From Candidatus Undinarchaeota archaeon (GTDB lineage Archaea; SpSt-1190; JASMDC01), in contig CAZFHY010000006.1 of assembly GCA_964519305.1 (NCBI GenBank), positions 86,099 through 150,098 on the forward strand: 64,000 bases of DNA. The letters are read 5' to 3'. The notes under the pieces are model-generated. The model had not been told where the DNA came from, ran no database searches, and saw only the letters and a program-made list of their open reading frames with translations. The translations under genes were made by a program, and so were the position numbers. Positions 37,307 through 47,170 of the stretch are shown piece after piece (positions within the stretch are counted from its first letter, which is position 1; every line of letters starts with the position of its first letter).

Positions 37307-37355
37307 GGGCACGTGGAGGTGCGCAAGATTAATAACGGTAGCGTCGACGGTCGGC

Positions 37356-40235
37356 TCAAGCCGGGATGCACTGTCGAGGTAATACCCATGCTCCGGGGTT
37401 TCTTGCGAAGTACACGGCCCGAGTCGCGTTGTGCTCGAACAGTACACCACTACGTTCGGTGATGACAGAGACCGTGAGCTCTTCCCATCCATCCAATGCC
37501 TTATCGCAGAACCTGAACGGCTCAAAGTGGACGAGATAGCCGCCGGGGGCCGATGTGACGTACAGCGACTCGCGAACGGACCCGTCCAGATATGCCCGCA
37601 CTGTCCGGGCAGCAGGGATGATGTCGCGGCCTGCCACGGATACCAGAACGTCCATGTCGAAGCCCCATGCCTGGAGCACCTGGTAGATTGGCTCCTCACG
37701 GGAGCCCGGTCGTACCTCCTCGATGGTCAGGCGTGTCTCTCCGGGCGCTACTAGCGTGATATGGTCGGTGCCGCTTCCAGTGCGGCCCAGACGTGCAACG
37801 CTGACGTCCACGGTGGCGCGGCCGGCGCTCAGGGATCCGGAGACCACGAGCGTCAGCACCCACTGACGCAGAGCGGGCACGTAGCGCATAGAGAAGACCC
37901 TCGATTCCGTACCCCGGATGGACGTTCGCAAGTCATCGCGTGTAAGGGTCGTGACGGGACTCCCGTCCCGGGTATCCACTACGGAGACGTAGGCATGAAG
38001 GAATATGCCATGTCGTGCTTCCTCGAGCGGGACCGTCCGGGGTTCTATGGACCGGACTGTGACCTCGTAGCCGGGGCTCAAAGGACCGTACCAGAGGGGG
38101 ACGGAGGAACGTGCCGCTCCCATCTCGCCGTCGTGGTCCAGTGTTAGGAACAGCGGGATGGACCCTGGCGTGAGCGTACCTGCAAGGTGGGGTGGGAGCC
38201 GGGCACGGACCCGCCAGACCTCATCACGCCACGCCAACTCTATGTTCTCCGTAGGTAACGGGAGGTCACCCACGACCAGTGTGATCGAGTCTGCTGAGAG
38301 CCCACTGGAGACCGGGCCACCCTGCAGACGCACAGAGAGATCAAGGCTGACGATCACTTCACCAGTGGCAAGGGCGTCCATGTCCAATGCTTCTGGTCGG
38401 ATGTCCTCCACCCGGACCGAGAGCCCCTCCGGCGAGCAGCCGTCCTCGCGACACATCTCGCCCGGACCGCAGACGTGACCGAACGAGGCCGCCTCGTCCG
38501 TGCAGAGGCAATGGGAGGGGCACAGCTCCCACGGGAGGATGGCCGGGATCCGTTGGAGCCCGATCCGCGCCACACGTTCGCCGTCCTCCTCCGCAACGAC
38601 GAAGGGTGGTTCATCCCCGCCGCCGGCGCATCCGACGGCCGTGCACTGCTGGCCGTGCTCGCACACGTCAACCAACCGGCCGTCCTCGGTGAAACACGCG
38701 CACACAGGGTGTCGGTCGGAAGCGGGTACACACTGTCCGCCTGGGCCCATGCAGCGAAGGATGATGTCCCCCGTGCCCAGCGATCCGTCACGGCACAGAC
38801 GATCGTAATCGGTGCCTCTAAGGCCGGTCGGCACCCATTGCTCGACCTCGAGCGGGACGGTGTGAACGCCCGATTCGGAGCCACGGAACGCGGTGAGACG
38901 GAGTTGGTAATGGCCGGGTGGGACCGTTTCGGGGAGGGTGAAGTCGATCTTTCCACAGGGGTATGTACGACGGACGAGGATGCGCGCCTCTGTCCCAGTG
39001 TAGTTGATCAGCGCCACCTCGCAACGCTCACCTGGCGTGTCGATCCACATGCGGACGTCCTCGCCCACCATGTACGATGGCTGCTCGAGCGTGACCGGTA
39101 GGGGCACGGACCTCCCGGGCTTAAGGAAGTGGACGATGGTGTTGGCCGTGGCCGAGAGCCCCAGAGGATTGAACATGGTGACACGCACCACGTACTCCCC
39201 CTCTTCGGACTCTGTCGAGAGCGTGAGCGGGACATAGAGGCAGGAGGGGAGACCGTACTGGGCGTCAATGACATTACCCTCGTGCAGCAGTTCGACGGAA
39301 CAGGCAGATATGCCGGCCCCGGCGAAGGCGCCCACGACCATCGTCTCGCCGAGGAGGAACGTGTCCGTCACACGGCCGGCACCGTCACCTACTACAAGTG
39401 TAACAGGGAAGAGGCGCGGCCTGACGAGCACCTCAGCAGTGGCGTTGATCAGGACATTGAAACCCTTGTACTTGACCAGCGAGTGTATGATGACGGGCGT
39501 GGCAGGGCACTGGCCACCTTCGTACTCCTCGCACCCCATCCCCGCAGGATCGAGCTCGAGAAGGGCGGAGTCACAGGTGAAGCATGCGCGGGGCCGTCCG
39601 AGGGATTGACCATCGATGGAGAACGCACCCCATACGATGAACTCCACCTCGTCGCTGAATGAGAATGTTACGATGTCCCCTGCATAGTACTGGTCGAGGT
39701 CGGTGACCAGCGGGGCGTTGGTGATACAGTCCTCGGTCCCGTCCCGACACTGGAGGGGGAACTCCAGGCCCACTCGCTCCTTGCGTGTGATGTGGCTGGT
39801 CGCCAATCCTGTCGTAGGGAGGGTATAGGTGACGGTGCGTTCGCCGACCTCCTCTGCCTCGTCCACGAGTATGAACCCGCGGGGTGTGTAAGAGAACTTG
39901 AGGGTGGGTCGCAGCTCCTCGAGCGAATACGAGCGTGCCACAGTGAGCAGGGGCTCAACGGTGGTGAACCGTAGCGTGACAGAGTCACCGGTCACGTCGT
40001 AGGTGCACGCGCGAGTGTGCGCGGGTGCGAGCTGGGCACAGGCGCGGTCGAGCACGCCCGGTTTGAGGAGAGTGTCCATCAGTCCATCACCCACACCGTC
40101 GAGGGTCACGGTGATGTGGTTGATGGGAGAGCGTGATACATCGACCTCCTCTAGGATGGTATCCACGACCACAGCTGTCGCGGGAGCGACCACTAGGAGC
40201 AAGGCCAGGAGGATGGCGCTCCTCATGCAGCGCAC
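37356..40235 (-). CDS. large secreted Cys-rich surface protein
   Basis: 959 aa; Sec-type signal peptide (MRCMRSAILLALLLVVAPATA), multiple Cys-rich segments. Confidence 0.55.
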   Translation of the reverse strand: MRCMRSAILLALLLVVAPATAVVVDTILEEVDVSRSPINHITVTLDGVGDGLMDTLLKPGVLDRACAQLAPAHTRACTYDVTGDSVTLRFTTVEPLLTVARSYSLEELRPTLKFSYTPRGFILVDEAEEVGERTVTYTLPTTGLATSHITRKERVGLEFPLQCRDGTEDCITNAPLVTDLDQYYAGDIVTFSFSDEVEFIVWGAFSIDGQSLGRPRACFTCDSALLELDPAGMGCEEYEGGQCPATPVIIHSLVKYKGFNVLINATAEVLVRPRLFPVTLVVGDGAGRVTDTFLLGETMVVGAFAGAGISACSVELLHEGNVIDAQYGLPSCLYVPLTLSTESEEGEYVVRVTMFNPLGLSATANTIVHFLKPGRSVPLPVTLEQPSYMVGEDVRMWIDTPGERCEVALINYTGTEARILVRRTYPCGKIDFTLPETVPPGHYQLRLTAFRGSESGVHTVPLEVEQWVPTGLRGTDYDRLCRDGSLGTGDIILRCMGPGGQCVPASDRHPVCACFTEDGRLVDVCEHGQQCTAVGCAGGGDEPPFVVAEEDGERVARIGLQRIPAILPWELCPSHCLCTDEAASFGHVCGPGEMCREDGCSPEGLSVRVEDIRPEALDMDALATGEVIVSLDLSVRLQGGPVSSGLSADSITLVVGDLPLPTENIELAWRDEVWRVRARLPPHLAGTLTPGSIPLFLTLDHDGEMGAARSSVPLWYGPLSPGYEVTVRSIEPRTVPLEEARHGIFLHAYVSVVDTRDGSPVTTLTRDDLRTSIRGTESRVFSMRYVPALRQWVLTLVVSGSLSAGRATVDVSVARLGRTGSGTDHITLVAPGETRLTIEEVRPGSREEPIYQVLQAWGFDMDVLVSVAGRDIIPAARTVRAYLDGSVRESLYVTSAPGGYLVHFEPFRFCDKALDGWEELTVSVITERSGVLFEHNATRAVYFARNPGAWVLPRQCIPA

Positions 40236-42283
40236 CCCCGTACACCTGCGACCTGTACGAATCCGTGGTCGGTCTTTGTAGTGAACAGCGGGTCCATCAC
40301 CACATCGTGCTCGCTATCCCCCTCGATGGTTAGGACGGTGGCGGCGGTGCGCACCTTGTACACCGGGGTGCCGTCCTGGTCCGTTGGTGTCGCAAGTAGG
40401 ATGTACCGTCCGGGGAGCACTCGTGGGAAGGCATACCGCCCGTCAGCATCGGTCCGTACCTCGAGCATCTCCAGGTCGGGATCGACGGGAAGGAGCGTTA
40501 AACGTACCGCTGCCGGTGGGGAGCCGGGAACGAATACCAGTGGTCGCATGTCAGCGATATCACTGCACGGCCCCTCTGCTACATTTTCTGTTCGGTGGTC
40601 AAGGCAACCTAGTGTGAACGTTTCTGCGCACAGTATGGTGGTGTTCTCGGCCACGATCCCTGTCAGTGAGGCATACTGCGGGAGCACAACGTCGATCGGT
40701 ACTTGGGCGGGGAGAACGACGTTCACGGAGGTACCTCCTACGCCCTCTGTGTCGAGTGGGATCACTGTGAGACGGCGGATACCGCAGGGGAGACCTGAAA
40801 GCAGGGTCTCGCCCGATACATCGAAGGTCAGCGCACCACCACAAGGCTCCACTATGACCTGTACCCGTTCTGCACCTACGGGCCGGATCGTCGCTTCGCA
40901 GGTCCCCGTGCAGGCGAGGTCCACCTCCCGAGGTGGTCCATTGGCGGCCTTAGGTAGGATCGTGCCTCCGCCAGTTACCAACCAAGGAACGATCACGAAC
41001 CGCAACCGGAGGGGGCGCATGAGCGATCCGGATGGAAGGCGCCCGGCGGGTGTGAGGTCGGTGAGCTCCACCTCAAGAGGGAACTGGATGTCGTAAACGG
41101 CCCGGTAGCTCTTGTACCATGGAGCGCGACCTGAGCACAGATCGACCGCGCACGGTCGCTCATCCCTGGCGACACCACGCACCGTGATGGTGCGTTCGCC
41201 CCCGTTTACGGAGAGGTTGAGGAGAGGATAAGCGCTAGCGGCCCCCTCTCCCTTGTCGCCCAGGCGGGGCCGTGCCGACCAGGATAGAGACCGCATGAGA
41301 GCCACAGGGTCCGCCGCGTCCTCGTCGACACCGGCCAACTCGGCACCAAGTCGGCTGAACAGACGTTCGGACCGCATGCGTGCTGCAAAGAGGGTCGCGG
41401 CCACGCCGAGGTCCTCTCCGATAGCTCTTCGCAGGGCCTGTTCGTCCAAGGCCACGTTGCCCTCGTCTGTCATGCAGAAACCAGGATGGCGACGTCCCCT
41501 GGCGTCAGGAAGCGTGAACGGATCGCAGGTGAGGTCCGCAGTGGGGCCCGGTACACGTGGATCACGCTCCATGAGGAACGCGGCCAAGCTCTCGATCCCG
41601 CGGTACCAGAGGTTATCGACCTCGCCTGATTCGGGGCCCGCCTCGGTGTACAGCTGTGTGACAGCACGCGCGATGCGTACAAGGCGGAGTAGACGTAACG
41701 GCAGCTCAACTGCCACCGGTTCCTTGATGGAGGAGCTGGTCCCGTCACGTGTTATTGTCAAAGGGATCTCGGCGGAGAGGCGAACGAAAGCGTCCCCGAC
41801 CTCCACGTCACTGGTTCCGAGGGAGATGCGGTCACCGTCAAGCTCCAATCCGTCGATCCCCTCCACGCCCGCGGTAGCGAGCTCCTGGATGTTGGCCTCC
41901 AAGCGACGGGCGACCGCCTCGCGCACCATGGCGCGTACCACATCATCAGCGGGGAGGTTCACCGCACGACCGCCGAGCACGAACACAGGGATGCCGTCCA
42001 GGGATGGCTCTGGGACCGCCGAGGGCGCGAATCCTCCGCTCTGAGCGACCTCGTCCACGGCCTGTGCCAGAGACTCACGTACTACCCCTTCCAGGATCTC
42101 GTGGAGCCGGACCGACTCGTCACGCACCTCGACCGCCTGTCGGGTGTCGTCTTTGATTTCCTGCTCGATCCGTCGGGGTGCCCGCAGAGCAAGGAACAGC
42201 ACCGTGACCACCAGCGCGAGCGCAACGATGGCCAGAATTACGGTCTGACCTCTGCGGTTGAAAAGGTCCCTCCCCCTGGACAC
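40223..42283 (-). CDS. pilin-like (class III signal peptide) adhesin with C-terminal carboxypeptidase-regulatory-like domain
   Basis: 686 aa; N-terminus NRRGQTVILAIVALALVVTVLFLAL; C-terminal TDADGRYAFPRVLPGRYILLATP motif. Confidence 0.5.
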   Translation of the reverse strand: MSRGRDLFNRRGQTVILAIVALALVVTVLFLALRAPRRIEQEIKDDTRQAVEVRDESVRLHEILEGVVRESLAQAVDEVAQSGGFAPSAVPEPSLDGIPVFVLGGRAVNLPADDVVRAMVREAVARRLEANIQELATAGVEGIDGLELDGDRISLGTSDVEVGDAFVRLSAEIPLTITRDGTSSSIKEPVAVELPLRLLRLVRIARAVTQLYTEAGPESGEVDNLWYRGIESLAAFLMERDPRVPGPTADLTCDPFTLPDARGRRHPGFCMTDEGNVALDEQALRRAIGEDLGVAATLFAARMRSERLFSRLGAELAGVDEDAADPVALMRSLSWSARPRLGDKGEGAASAYPLLNLSVNGGERTITVRGVARDERPCAVDLCSGRAPWYKSYRAVYDIQFPLEVELTDLTPAGRLPSGSLMRPLRLRFVIVPWLVTGGGTILPKAANGPPREVDLACTGTCEATIRPVGAERVQVIVEPCGGALTFDVSGETLLSGLPCGIRRLTVIPLDTEGVGGTSVNVVLPAQVPIDVVLPQYASLTGIVAENTTILCAETFTLGCLDHRTENVAEGPCSDIADMRPLVFVPGSPPAAVRLTLLPVDPDLEMLEVRTDADGRYAFPRVLPGRYILLATPTDQDGTPVYKVRTAATVLTIEGDSEHDVVMDPLFTTKTDHGFVQVAGVRGCAA

Positions 42284-42331
42284 AAGGGGCTCCTCCGAGC
42301 TAAGGTTTAATTGTGTTTCTGGAAGGTTGCC

Positions 42332-42511
42332 TCAGACCTTATCCTTTGGCGCTTCTGCGTTGGCAATAAGGGCACCCTCGTTCTCATCCAGGGATTCGCC
42401 CCGTCGGAGCTTGTCCATGACGATCATCGCCTGGTCGAAGTAACTGCTGTAGAGCATCAGAAGAGGTAGGCAGAAGAGGATCGCCACCACTAGTGCAGCG
42501 GCGTGGAACAT
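42332..42511 (-). CDS. small hydrophobic protein (59 aa) immediately downstream of lonB; not in ORF track
   Basis: Manual translation MFHAAALVVAILFCLPLLMLYSSYFDQAMIVMDKLRRGESLDENEGALIANAEAPKDKV; below the 60-aa cut-off. Confidence 0.3.
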   Translation of the reverse strand: MFHAAALVVAILFCLPLLMLYSSYFDQAMIVMDKLRRGESLDENEGALIANAEAPKDKV

Positions 42512-42517
42512 GGGCGC

Positions 42518-44371
42518 TCACACCGTGGGGACCGGGCCGGGAACAACTTCAGTTGTATGCCGCGCCAGTCGCTTGATCTTGTTGATGACGTCCTTCTTAT
42601 CCTTCCAGATCAGTGCGTGCTCGAGCACATCGCTGATCGTGTCCACGGGGACGATCTCGATAAGCCCCTTCTTGTCATCATCCAACAGCACATCCTTGAG
42701 GTTGGCGGCAGGGATGAGCACCTTCTTGAGGCCTGCCTCGATAGCAGCCTCGATCTTGGACGTGACACCTCCCACAGGAAGCACGTCGCCCCGTACGGAC
42801 AGGGATCCCGTCATGGCCACGCTCTGGCGGATGGCTACCTGCTCCAGAGCAGATACCACGGCGGTGACCACAGAGATACTGGCCGAATCACCCTCCACCC
42901 CCTCATAGGTCTGAAGGAACTGGATATGGACATCGAAGTTGGCGATGTCCTTCCCGAAGTACTTCTTGATGGGGGCTGAGACGTTCTTGATCGCTTCCTT
43001 GGCGATCTCGCCCAGCTTTCCCGTGGCGATTATCCTTGACGACTCGCGGGCCATCGAAGGGGTGACGTTGGCGACGATGGGGAGCACGATGCCCGAGTCA
43101 CCGAACACGGCCAGGCCGTTGACCTTCCCAACGTTGGTGCCTGTGGCGCGGAACACCTTGTATTCCTTCTTCTCCTCGATGTACTTGTCGGCGATCTGCT
43201 GCTCAAGGGTTCGGGCGAACACCTTGGCCTTGGTGATGTGGGACGGGTTCACGAGGTCGCAATCCTCGGCCTTTGCGATGTCGCCCGCGGCGCGCACCAG
43301 GCCTCCGAGCTCACGGAGTCGGAGGGTGAGGTGGCCCTTGCGGTTGGCCCGTCGACGTGCCTCGTAGATCACCAGCTCGATGGCCTCCTTGGAGAAGTGT
43401 GGGATCTTGCCGTCCTTCGTCACTTCCTGGGCCACGAACCGGGCGACCTTCAGCTGGTTCGCCTCGCTGTCGGGGATGGTGTCGTTCATGTACACCTCGT
43501 ACCCGTAACCACGGATGCGCGAGCGCAGAGCAGGATTCATACCCTCGATGGTCTTGACGTTACCGGCTGCTACGAGCACGAAGTCACAGGGCACGGGCTT
43601 GGTGCGTACCATGGCCCCCGACGACCGCTCACTGCGACCCGTGATGGAGTATTTCTTCTCCTGCATCGCGGAGAGCAGGTCGATCTGCATCTCCGGTTTA
43701 AGGGTGGCGATCTCGTCGATGAACAGCACGCCCTTGTGCGCACGGTGGATCGAGCCGGCCTCCACGCGGTCGTGGGCAGGCGTCTCCAGCCCTCCGGACT
43801 GGAAGGGGTCATGCCGCACGTCGCCCAGTAGCGATCCCTCGTGCGCCCCGGTGGCGTCCACGAAGGGCGCCTTCTCGCCCCGCCTGTGAGTGAGGAGGAG
43901 CTTGGGCACCTTTGACTTGGTCTTTGAGCGAAGGTACTGGAATGGCACGAACAGTAGAGCGGCAGCGATGATGCCTGTGAGCAGCTGTCCGGTGAAGAAC
44001 CCGTACCAGATCAGACAGAATATGAGCATGAGGGCGATGAGGTTGCGCAGGGACTCGGTCTTGTTCACCTCGTTCTTGTAGGATGATACGATGAGCTTAC
44101 CCTGGCCGGCCTTGACGGTCTTTACGAGTGGCTCGTTATCGTCCTCCGAGTTAGGGAACACGATGACGTCCTCTAGCTCTTCTCGGGAGATGAGCTCGGC
44201 CATCCCTTGGGCCAGCATGGACTTGCCCGTGCCGGGTTCGCCGATGAGCATGACGTGGCGCCGCTGGAGCGCGGCCTTCTTCATGACCTCCACTCCGCGC
44301 TCTTGACCTATCACCTGGTCAATGATCCCCTCAGGGACCTCGACGTCCCGTGTGGACTCTGGTAACTCCAC
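42518..44371 (-). CDS. lonB: archaeal membrane-bound ATP-dependent Lon protease (LonB)
   Basis: 617 aa; Walker [13 protein letters not shown] insertion within the AAA+ domain, C-terminal Lon protease domain with Ser-Lys dyad region (GDSASIS...K). Confidence 0.85.
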   Translation of the reverse strand: MELPESTRDVEVPEGIIDQVIGQERGVEVMKKAALQRRHVMLIGEPGTGKSMLAQGMAELISREELEDVIVFPNSEDDNEPLVKTVKAGQGKLIVSSYKNEVNKTESLRNLIALMLIFCLIWYGFFTGQLLTGIIAAALLFVPFQYLRSKTKSKVPKLLLTHRRGEKAPFVDATGAHEGSLLGDVRHDPFQSGGLETPAHDRVEAGSIHRAHKGVLFIDEIATLKPEMQIDLLSAMQEKKYSITGRSERSSGAMVRTKPVPCDFVLVAAGNVKTIEGMNPALRSRIRGYGYEVYMNDTIPDSEANQLKVARFVAQEVTKDGKIPHFSKEAIELVIYEARRRANRKGHLTLRLRELGGLVRAAGDIAKAEDCDLVNPSHITKAKVFARTLEQQIADKYIEEKKEYKVFRATGTNVGKVNGLAVFGDSGIVLPIVANVTPSMARESSRIIATGKLGEIAKEAIKNVSAPIKKYFGKDIANFDVHIQFLQTYEGVEGDSASISVVTAVVSALEQVAIRQSVAMTGSLSVRGDVLPVGGVTSKIEAAIEAGLKKVLIPAANLKDVLLDDDKKGLIEIVPVDTISDVLEHALIWKDKKDVINKIKRLARHTTEVVPGPVPTV

Positions 44372-44425
44372 AGTGCTAGAACTACCGTCACGACTTATAA
44401 CACTTTTCGTTGGGAGCGGGCAGGT

Positions 44426-44725
44426 CTACTCTTCTCCGGCCACCTCGGTGGCCTCAGCGATTTCCTGGTCGCGGGATGCGAACTCCATGGAATGGCTGAT
44501 GATCATGACGTCCCCGACGGCCTTGACCGCCTTGTGGGGCACGATGACGGCGCGCACGTTCTTGAGCGCCTTGCTCAGAAGGCTGTCGGGAGTGGACTTC
44601 ACCACCCATCCATTGATCATGTACTTGCCGAGGACCGCATCCCCGATCTTACCGAAGTACATGCCTGCGTCGGTAAAAACGTCGATGTCATAGATATCGG
44701 ATAGGCGCTTGATGGTGACGACCAT
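44426..44725 (-). CDS. small hypothetical protein (possible PRC-barrel-like)
   Basis: ORF track 44426-44755; start taken at MVVTIKRL; weak resemblance to PRC-barrel proteins. Confidence 0.35.
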   Translation of the reverse strand: MVVTIKRLSDIYDIDVFTDAGMYFGKIGDAVLGKYMINGWVVKSTPDSLLSKALKNVRAVIVPHKAVKAVGDVMIISHSMEFASRDQEIAEATEVAGEE

Positions 44726-44756
44726 ATTGTGTAACCCCGCATCCGCTACCGACACC

Positions 44757-44770
44757 TTTTTTTATAAATC
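44757..44770 (+). promoter_or_regulatory. TATA-box-like element (ttttttataaatc)
   Basis: About 20-25 nt upstream of ATG 44788. Confidence 0.35.
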
Positions 44771-44787
44771 TATCATTTTCGATCCTC

Positions 44788-45684
44788 ATGGGCATGATAT
44801 ACCTGGTGGGTAGCTCCCACGTTTCAGCTTCGGGCGCCGATCAGGTAGCGGATGCCATTCGCAGGGTCCGTCCGGACGTTGTCGCTGTCGAACTGTGCTA
44901 CAAGCGCTACCATGTATTACGCGAGCATGGCGGTGCACCACCTATCCCCCCATTCCGCGAAGGCATCCGTGAGCTCGGTGTGCGAAGGTACCTTCTGGTT
45001 TGGTTCCTCTCCCGGCTCCAGGAGCATTATGCACGATTAGCGGGTGCGCCCGTCGGGACCGACATGCTCCACGCTCTGGACGCAGCAGCGGAGGATGCCG
45101 TGCCCATCGCCTTGGTGGACGATGACATTGACGCCACTATAGATAGGCTCGTGAACGCAGTGGGGCTGCGTGATGTCTTTACACTGATATGGATGGGCTT
45201 CAAGGGAGATCCCTGGATCAACAGGTTCGATATCACGAGCATCCCTGAGGATGACCTTGTCGAAGAGATGCTGGAGGAGCTCGAACGCGCCTTCCCGAAA
45301 GTGCATGACGTGCTCGTGCGACGGCGGAACCTCCGCATGGCCTCACGGCTCATGACCGTGGCGGACGCCCGAGGTACGGTGTTGGCGGTACTGGGTGCAG
45401 GTCATAAACAGGGTGTTGCCAAGCTTCTTGAAGGAGGCCCTCACACGGTCATTGTGGTCGGGCCCGACACGGCCCTCCCTGACTCGGATACTCCCCGCCT
45501 CACGGTGAAGCTATCACTTCCGGGGGAACCGCCTCTACCTGGCAAGGACCTATCTGCCGCGGATGCGGAAGTGGGCGGAGAGGTTGTTGAATCCCTCGCT
45601 CACACCGACGTGGGTTCCGCGGTAGTAGCCGATGACCCCGCCCGAGACGATGCCCAGCACGAGCACGAAAATGTAGAACCCTAA
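44788..45684 (+). CDS. TraB/GumN family protein
   Basis: 298 aa; N-terminus MIYLVGSSHVS...RVRPDVVAVEL typical of TraB family; C-terminal tail possibly over-extended. Confidence 0.55.
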   Translation: MGMIYLVGSSHVSASGADQVADAIRRVRPDVVAVELCYKRYHVLREHGGAPPIPPFREGIRELGVRRYLLVWFLSRLQEHYARLAGAPVGTDMLHALDAAAEDAVPIALVDDDIDATIDRLVNAVGLRDVFTLIWMGFKGDPWINRFDITSIPEDDLVEEMLEELERAFPKVHDVLVRRRNLRMASRLMTVADARGTVLAVLGAGHKQGVAKLLEGGPHTVIVVGPDTALPDSDTPRLTVKLSLPGEPPLPGKDLSAADAEVGGEVVESLAHTDVGSAVVADDPARDDAQHEHENVEP

Positions 45685-45696
45685 TGCTCCGGCCAT
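45550..45696 (-). CDS. possible small membrane protein (48 aa), alternative to the C-terminal tail of the TraB ORF
   Basis: Manual translation MAGALGFYIFVLVLGIVSGGVIGYYRGTHVGVSEGFNNLSAHFRIRGR; TATA-like tatataaa about 27 nt upstream on the minus strand. Confidence 0.2.
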   Translation of the reverse strand: MAGALGFYIFVLVLGIVSGGVIGYYRGTHVGVSEGFNNLSAHFRIRGR

Positions 45697-45717
45697 GGTA
45701 CGCTATGTTGTACCACA

Positions 45718-45731
45718 AAAGGTATATAAAA
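45718..45731. promoter_or_regulatory. TATA-box-like element (ggtatataaaat), possibly bidirectional
   Basis: Between small minus-strand ORF start (45696) and the plus-strand regulator gene. Confidence 0.35.
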
Positions 45732-45771
45732 TATGCGGATTAGCTATCGCCCGTCCCCGGAGAGAGGCATC

Positions 45772-46116
45772 ATGGTCGTACGAACCACACGCGGAATTAC
45801 CCGAAGCTTGAAGCAGGAGATAACCCTTCTAAGGCGTCATGTGGAGATCCTGAGCGTTCTCCTTGAGACGAAAGAGCCATTAGGCATCCTGCGCCTCTCG
45901 GATCGCACCAACTACTCACCTCACAAGGTGCGCTACACTCTCCGAACTCTCGAGCACGAGAAGCTCATCAAACCCAGTACCCGCGGGGCCGAGGTCACCG
46001 AGGAGCTCGGTATATTCGTGGAGGACCTCATCCGTGATCTTTCCACTATTCGCGACGAGCTCAATGAAGTGTACAAGACCGTCCAGCGCGTACGCGAGGA
46101 ATACCCCCGACGATAG
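45772..46116 (+). CDS. putative winged-helix transcriptional regulator
   Basis: ORF track 45733-46116; helix-turn-helix-like segment (LSDRTNYSPHKVRYTLRTLEHEKLI); start at M14 preferred because of TATA position. Confidence 0.4.
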   Translation: MVVRTTRGITRSLKQEITLLRRHVEILSVLLETKEPLGILRLSDRTNYSPHKVRYTLRTLEHEKLIKPSTRGAEVTEELGIFVEDLIRDLSTIRDELNEVYKTVQRVREEYPRR

Positions 46117-46176
46117 GATGGGCCCAGAGGGCCTCGTCGGTTCATTCATACCCTTAGTAGTGCTTACGGGGCTCCC

Positions 46177-46521
46177 ATGACCGTTCAGTTAGTACTCATC
46201 GTTATCCTGTTCGTTCTGATTCTCCTCTGGCTACGCATGACCCTGCTGCCCGACCACGTGGGCACGGTTACCGCGATCGGGGGAACTGTGGCCTGTGCCG
46301 AGGGCGATAGCGCCACCTGTGCTCGTCAGACAGTGGGTGGCTCCGCTGTTAAAGTGAGCGTTGACATTGGGGACGAGACCGTGGAGGCCGAGTGCTCAGG
46401 GTGCGTACTGTGCATGGGCGACCTTCGGGAGGGATACCCTGTGGGCGTTACCCGCATCGGCTCTCGCCTCATCGCCCAGCCTCTGTTGTTCCCCTCTCTC
46501 CAGAAGAGGTGGATGTCATAG
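46177..46521 (+). CDS. small membrane-anchored Cys-rich protein
   Basis: 114 aa; N-terminal TM helix, CAEGDSATC and CSGCVLC motifs. Confidence 0.3.
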   Translation: MTVQLVLIVILFVLILLWLRMTLLPDHVGTVTAIGGTVACAEGDSATCARQTVGGSAVKVSVDIGDETVEAECSGCVLCMGDLREGYPVGVTRIGSRLIAQPLLFPSLQKRWMS

Positions 46522-47168
46522 TCGCGGAGGGGCTCGATTTAGTAGGGGCCTTCGTGCTGGGACTTGCCCAGGGTGCGGGGCCCTGCCTGGGTATCTGTGC
46601 TCCGATAATCTTCCCTCTCACCGCTGCTACCGCGGGAAGCGCTCGGGAGGGGTTCATTGTCGCTGGCCTTGCCGCATTGGGACGGCTCTTGGCGTACGTC
46701 GTCCTGGGTGCGGGCGCGGGGCTCCTGGGGGGTGCTGTCCAGGCCTTCGCCGAGGGAGGTGGTGCATGGCATGTGTACATGGCCTGCGGATTCGCTTCGG
46801 GGGTACTCGGTGGTTATTACTTGGTGAAGGCCCACACATGCGCCTGCATCGAGCTGGGGGTCACCAATCCCTTCATCCTTGGAGTTCTCCTGGGACTGGC
46901 CCCGTGCGCACCGCTCACCCTCATCCTCGTACAGGCCTTCGCCACGGGATCCGCGTTCTATGGCGTGGTCCTGGTGATCGTGTTCGGCATCGCCAGCTCG
47001 CTCCCGCTCCTTCTTGGCGGGGGTTTTGTGGGTCATCTCGTGCGTCATATCCAGACGGGGGGCGATTTCTCAAGGAACGTACAGCGTGTCAGTGGCGTTC
47101 TACTAATCATGGCCGGGGCCAAGTTCCTGCTGATGGCCAGGGCCGTGGAACTGGTCGCAGGACCCTGA
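46509..47168 (+). CDS. CcdA/DsbD-like thiol-disulfide transporter family membrane protein
   Basis: ORF track 46392-47168; two conserved Cys-Pro motifs in TM segments (GAGPCLGICAPI, GLAPCAPL); GTG start proposed at 46509. Confidence 0.5.
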   Translation: MDVIVAEGLDLVGAFVLGLAQGAGPCLGICAPIIFPLTAATAGSAREGFIVAGLAALGRLLAYVVLGAGAGLLGGAVQAFAEGGGAWHVYMACGFASGVLGGYYLVKAHTCACIELGVTNPFILGVLLGLAPCAPLTLILVQAFATGSAFYGVVLVIVFGIASSLPLLLGGGFVGHLVRHIQTGGDFSRNVQRVSGVLLIMAGAKFLLMARAVELVAGP

Positions 47169-47170
47169 GA

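Noticed and set aside
37307-37699. N-terminal extension of the poly-UEV ORF
   Set aside because: Overlaps the 3' end of the upstream gene by more than 300 nt and is Ser/Cys/Trp-rich; start moved to 37306
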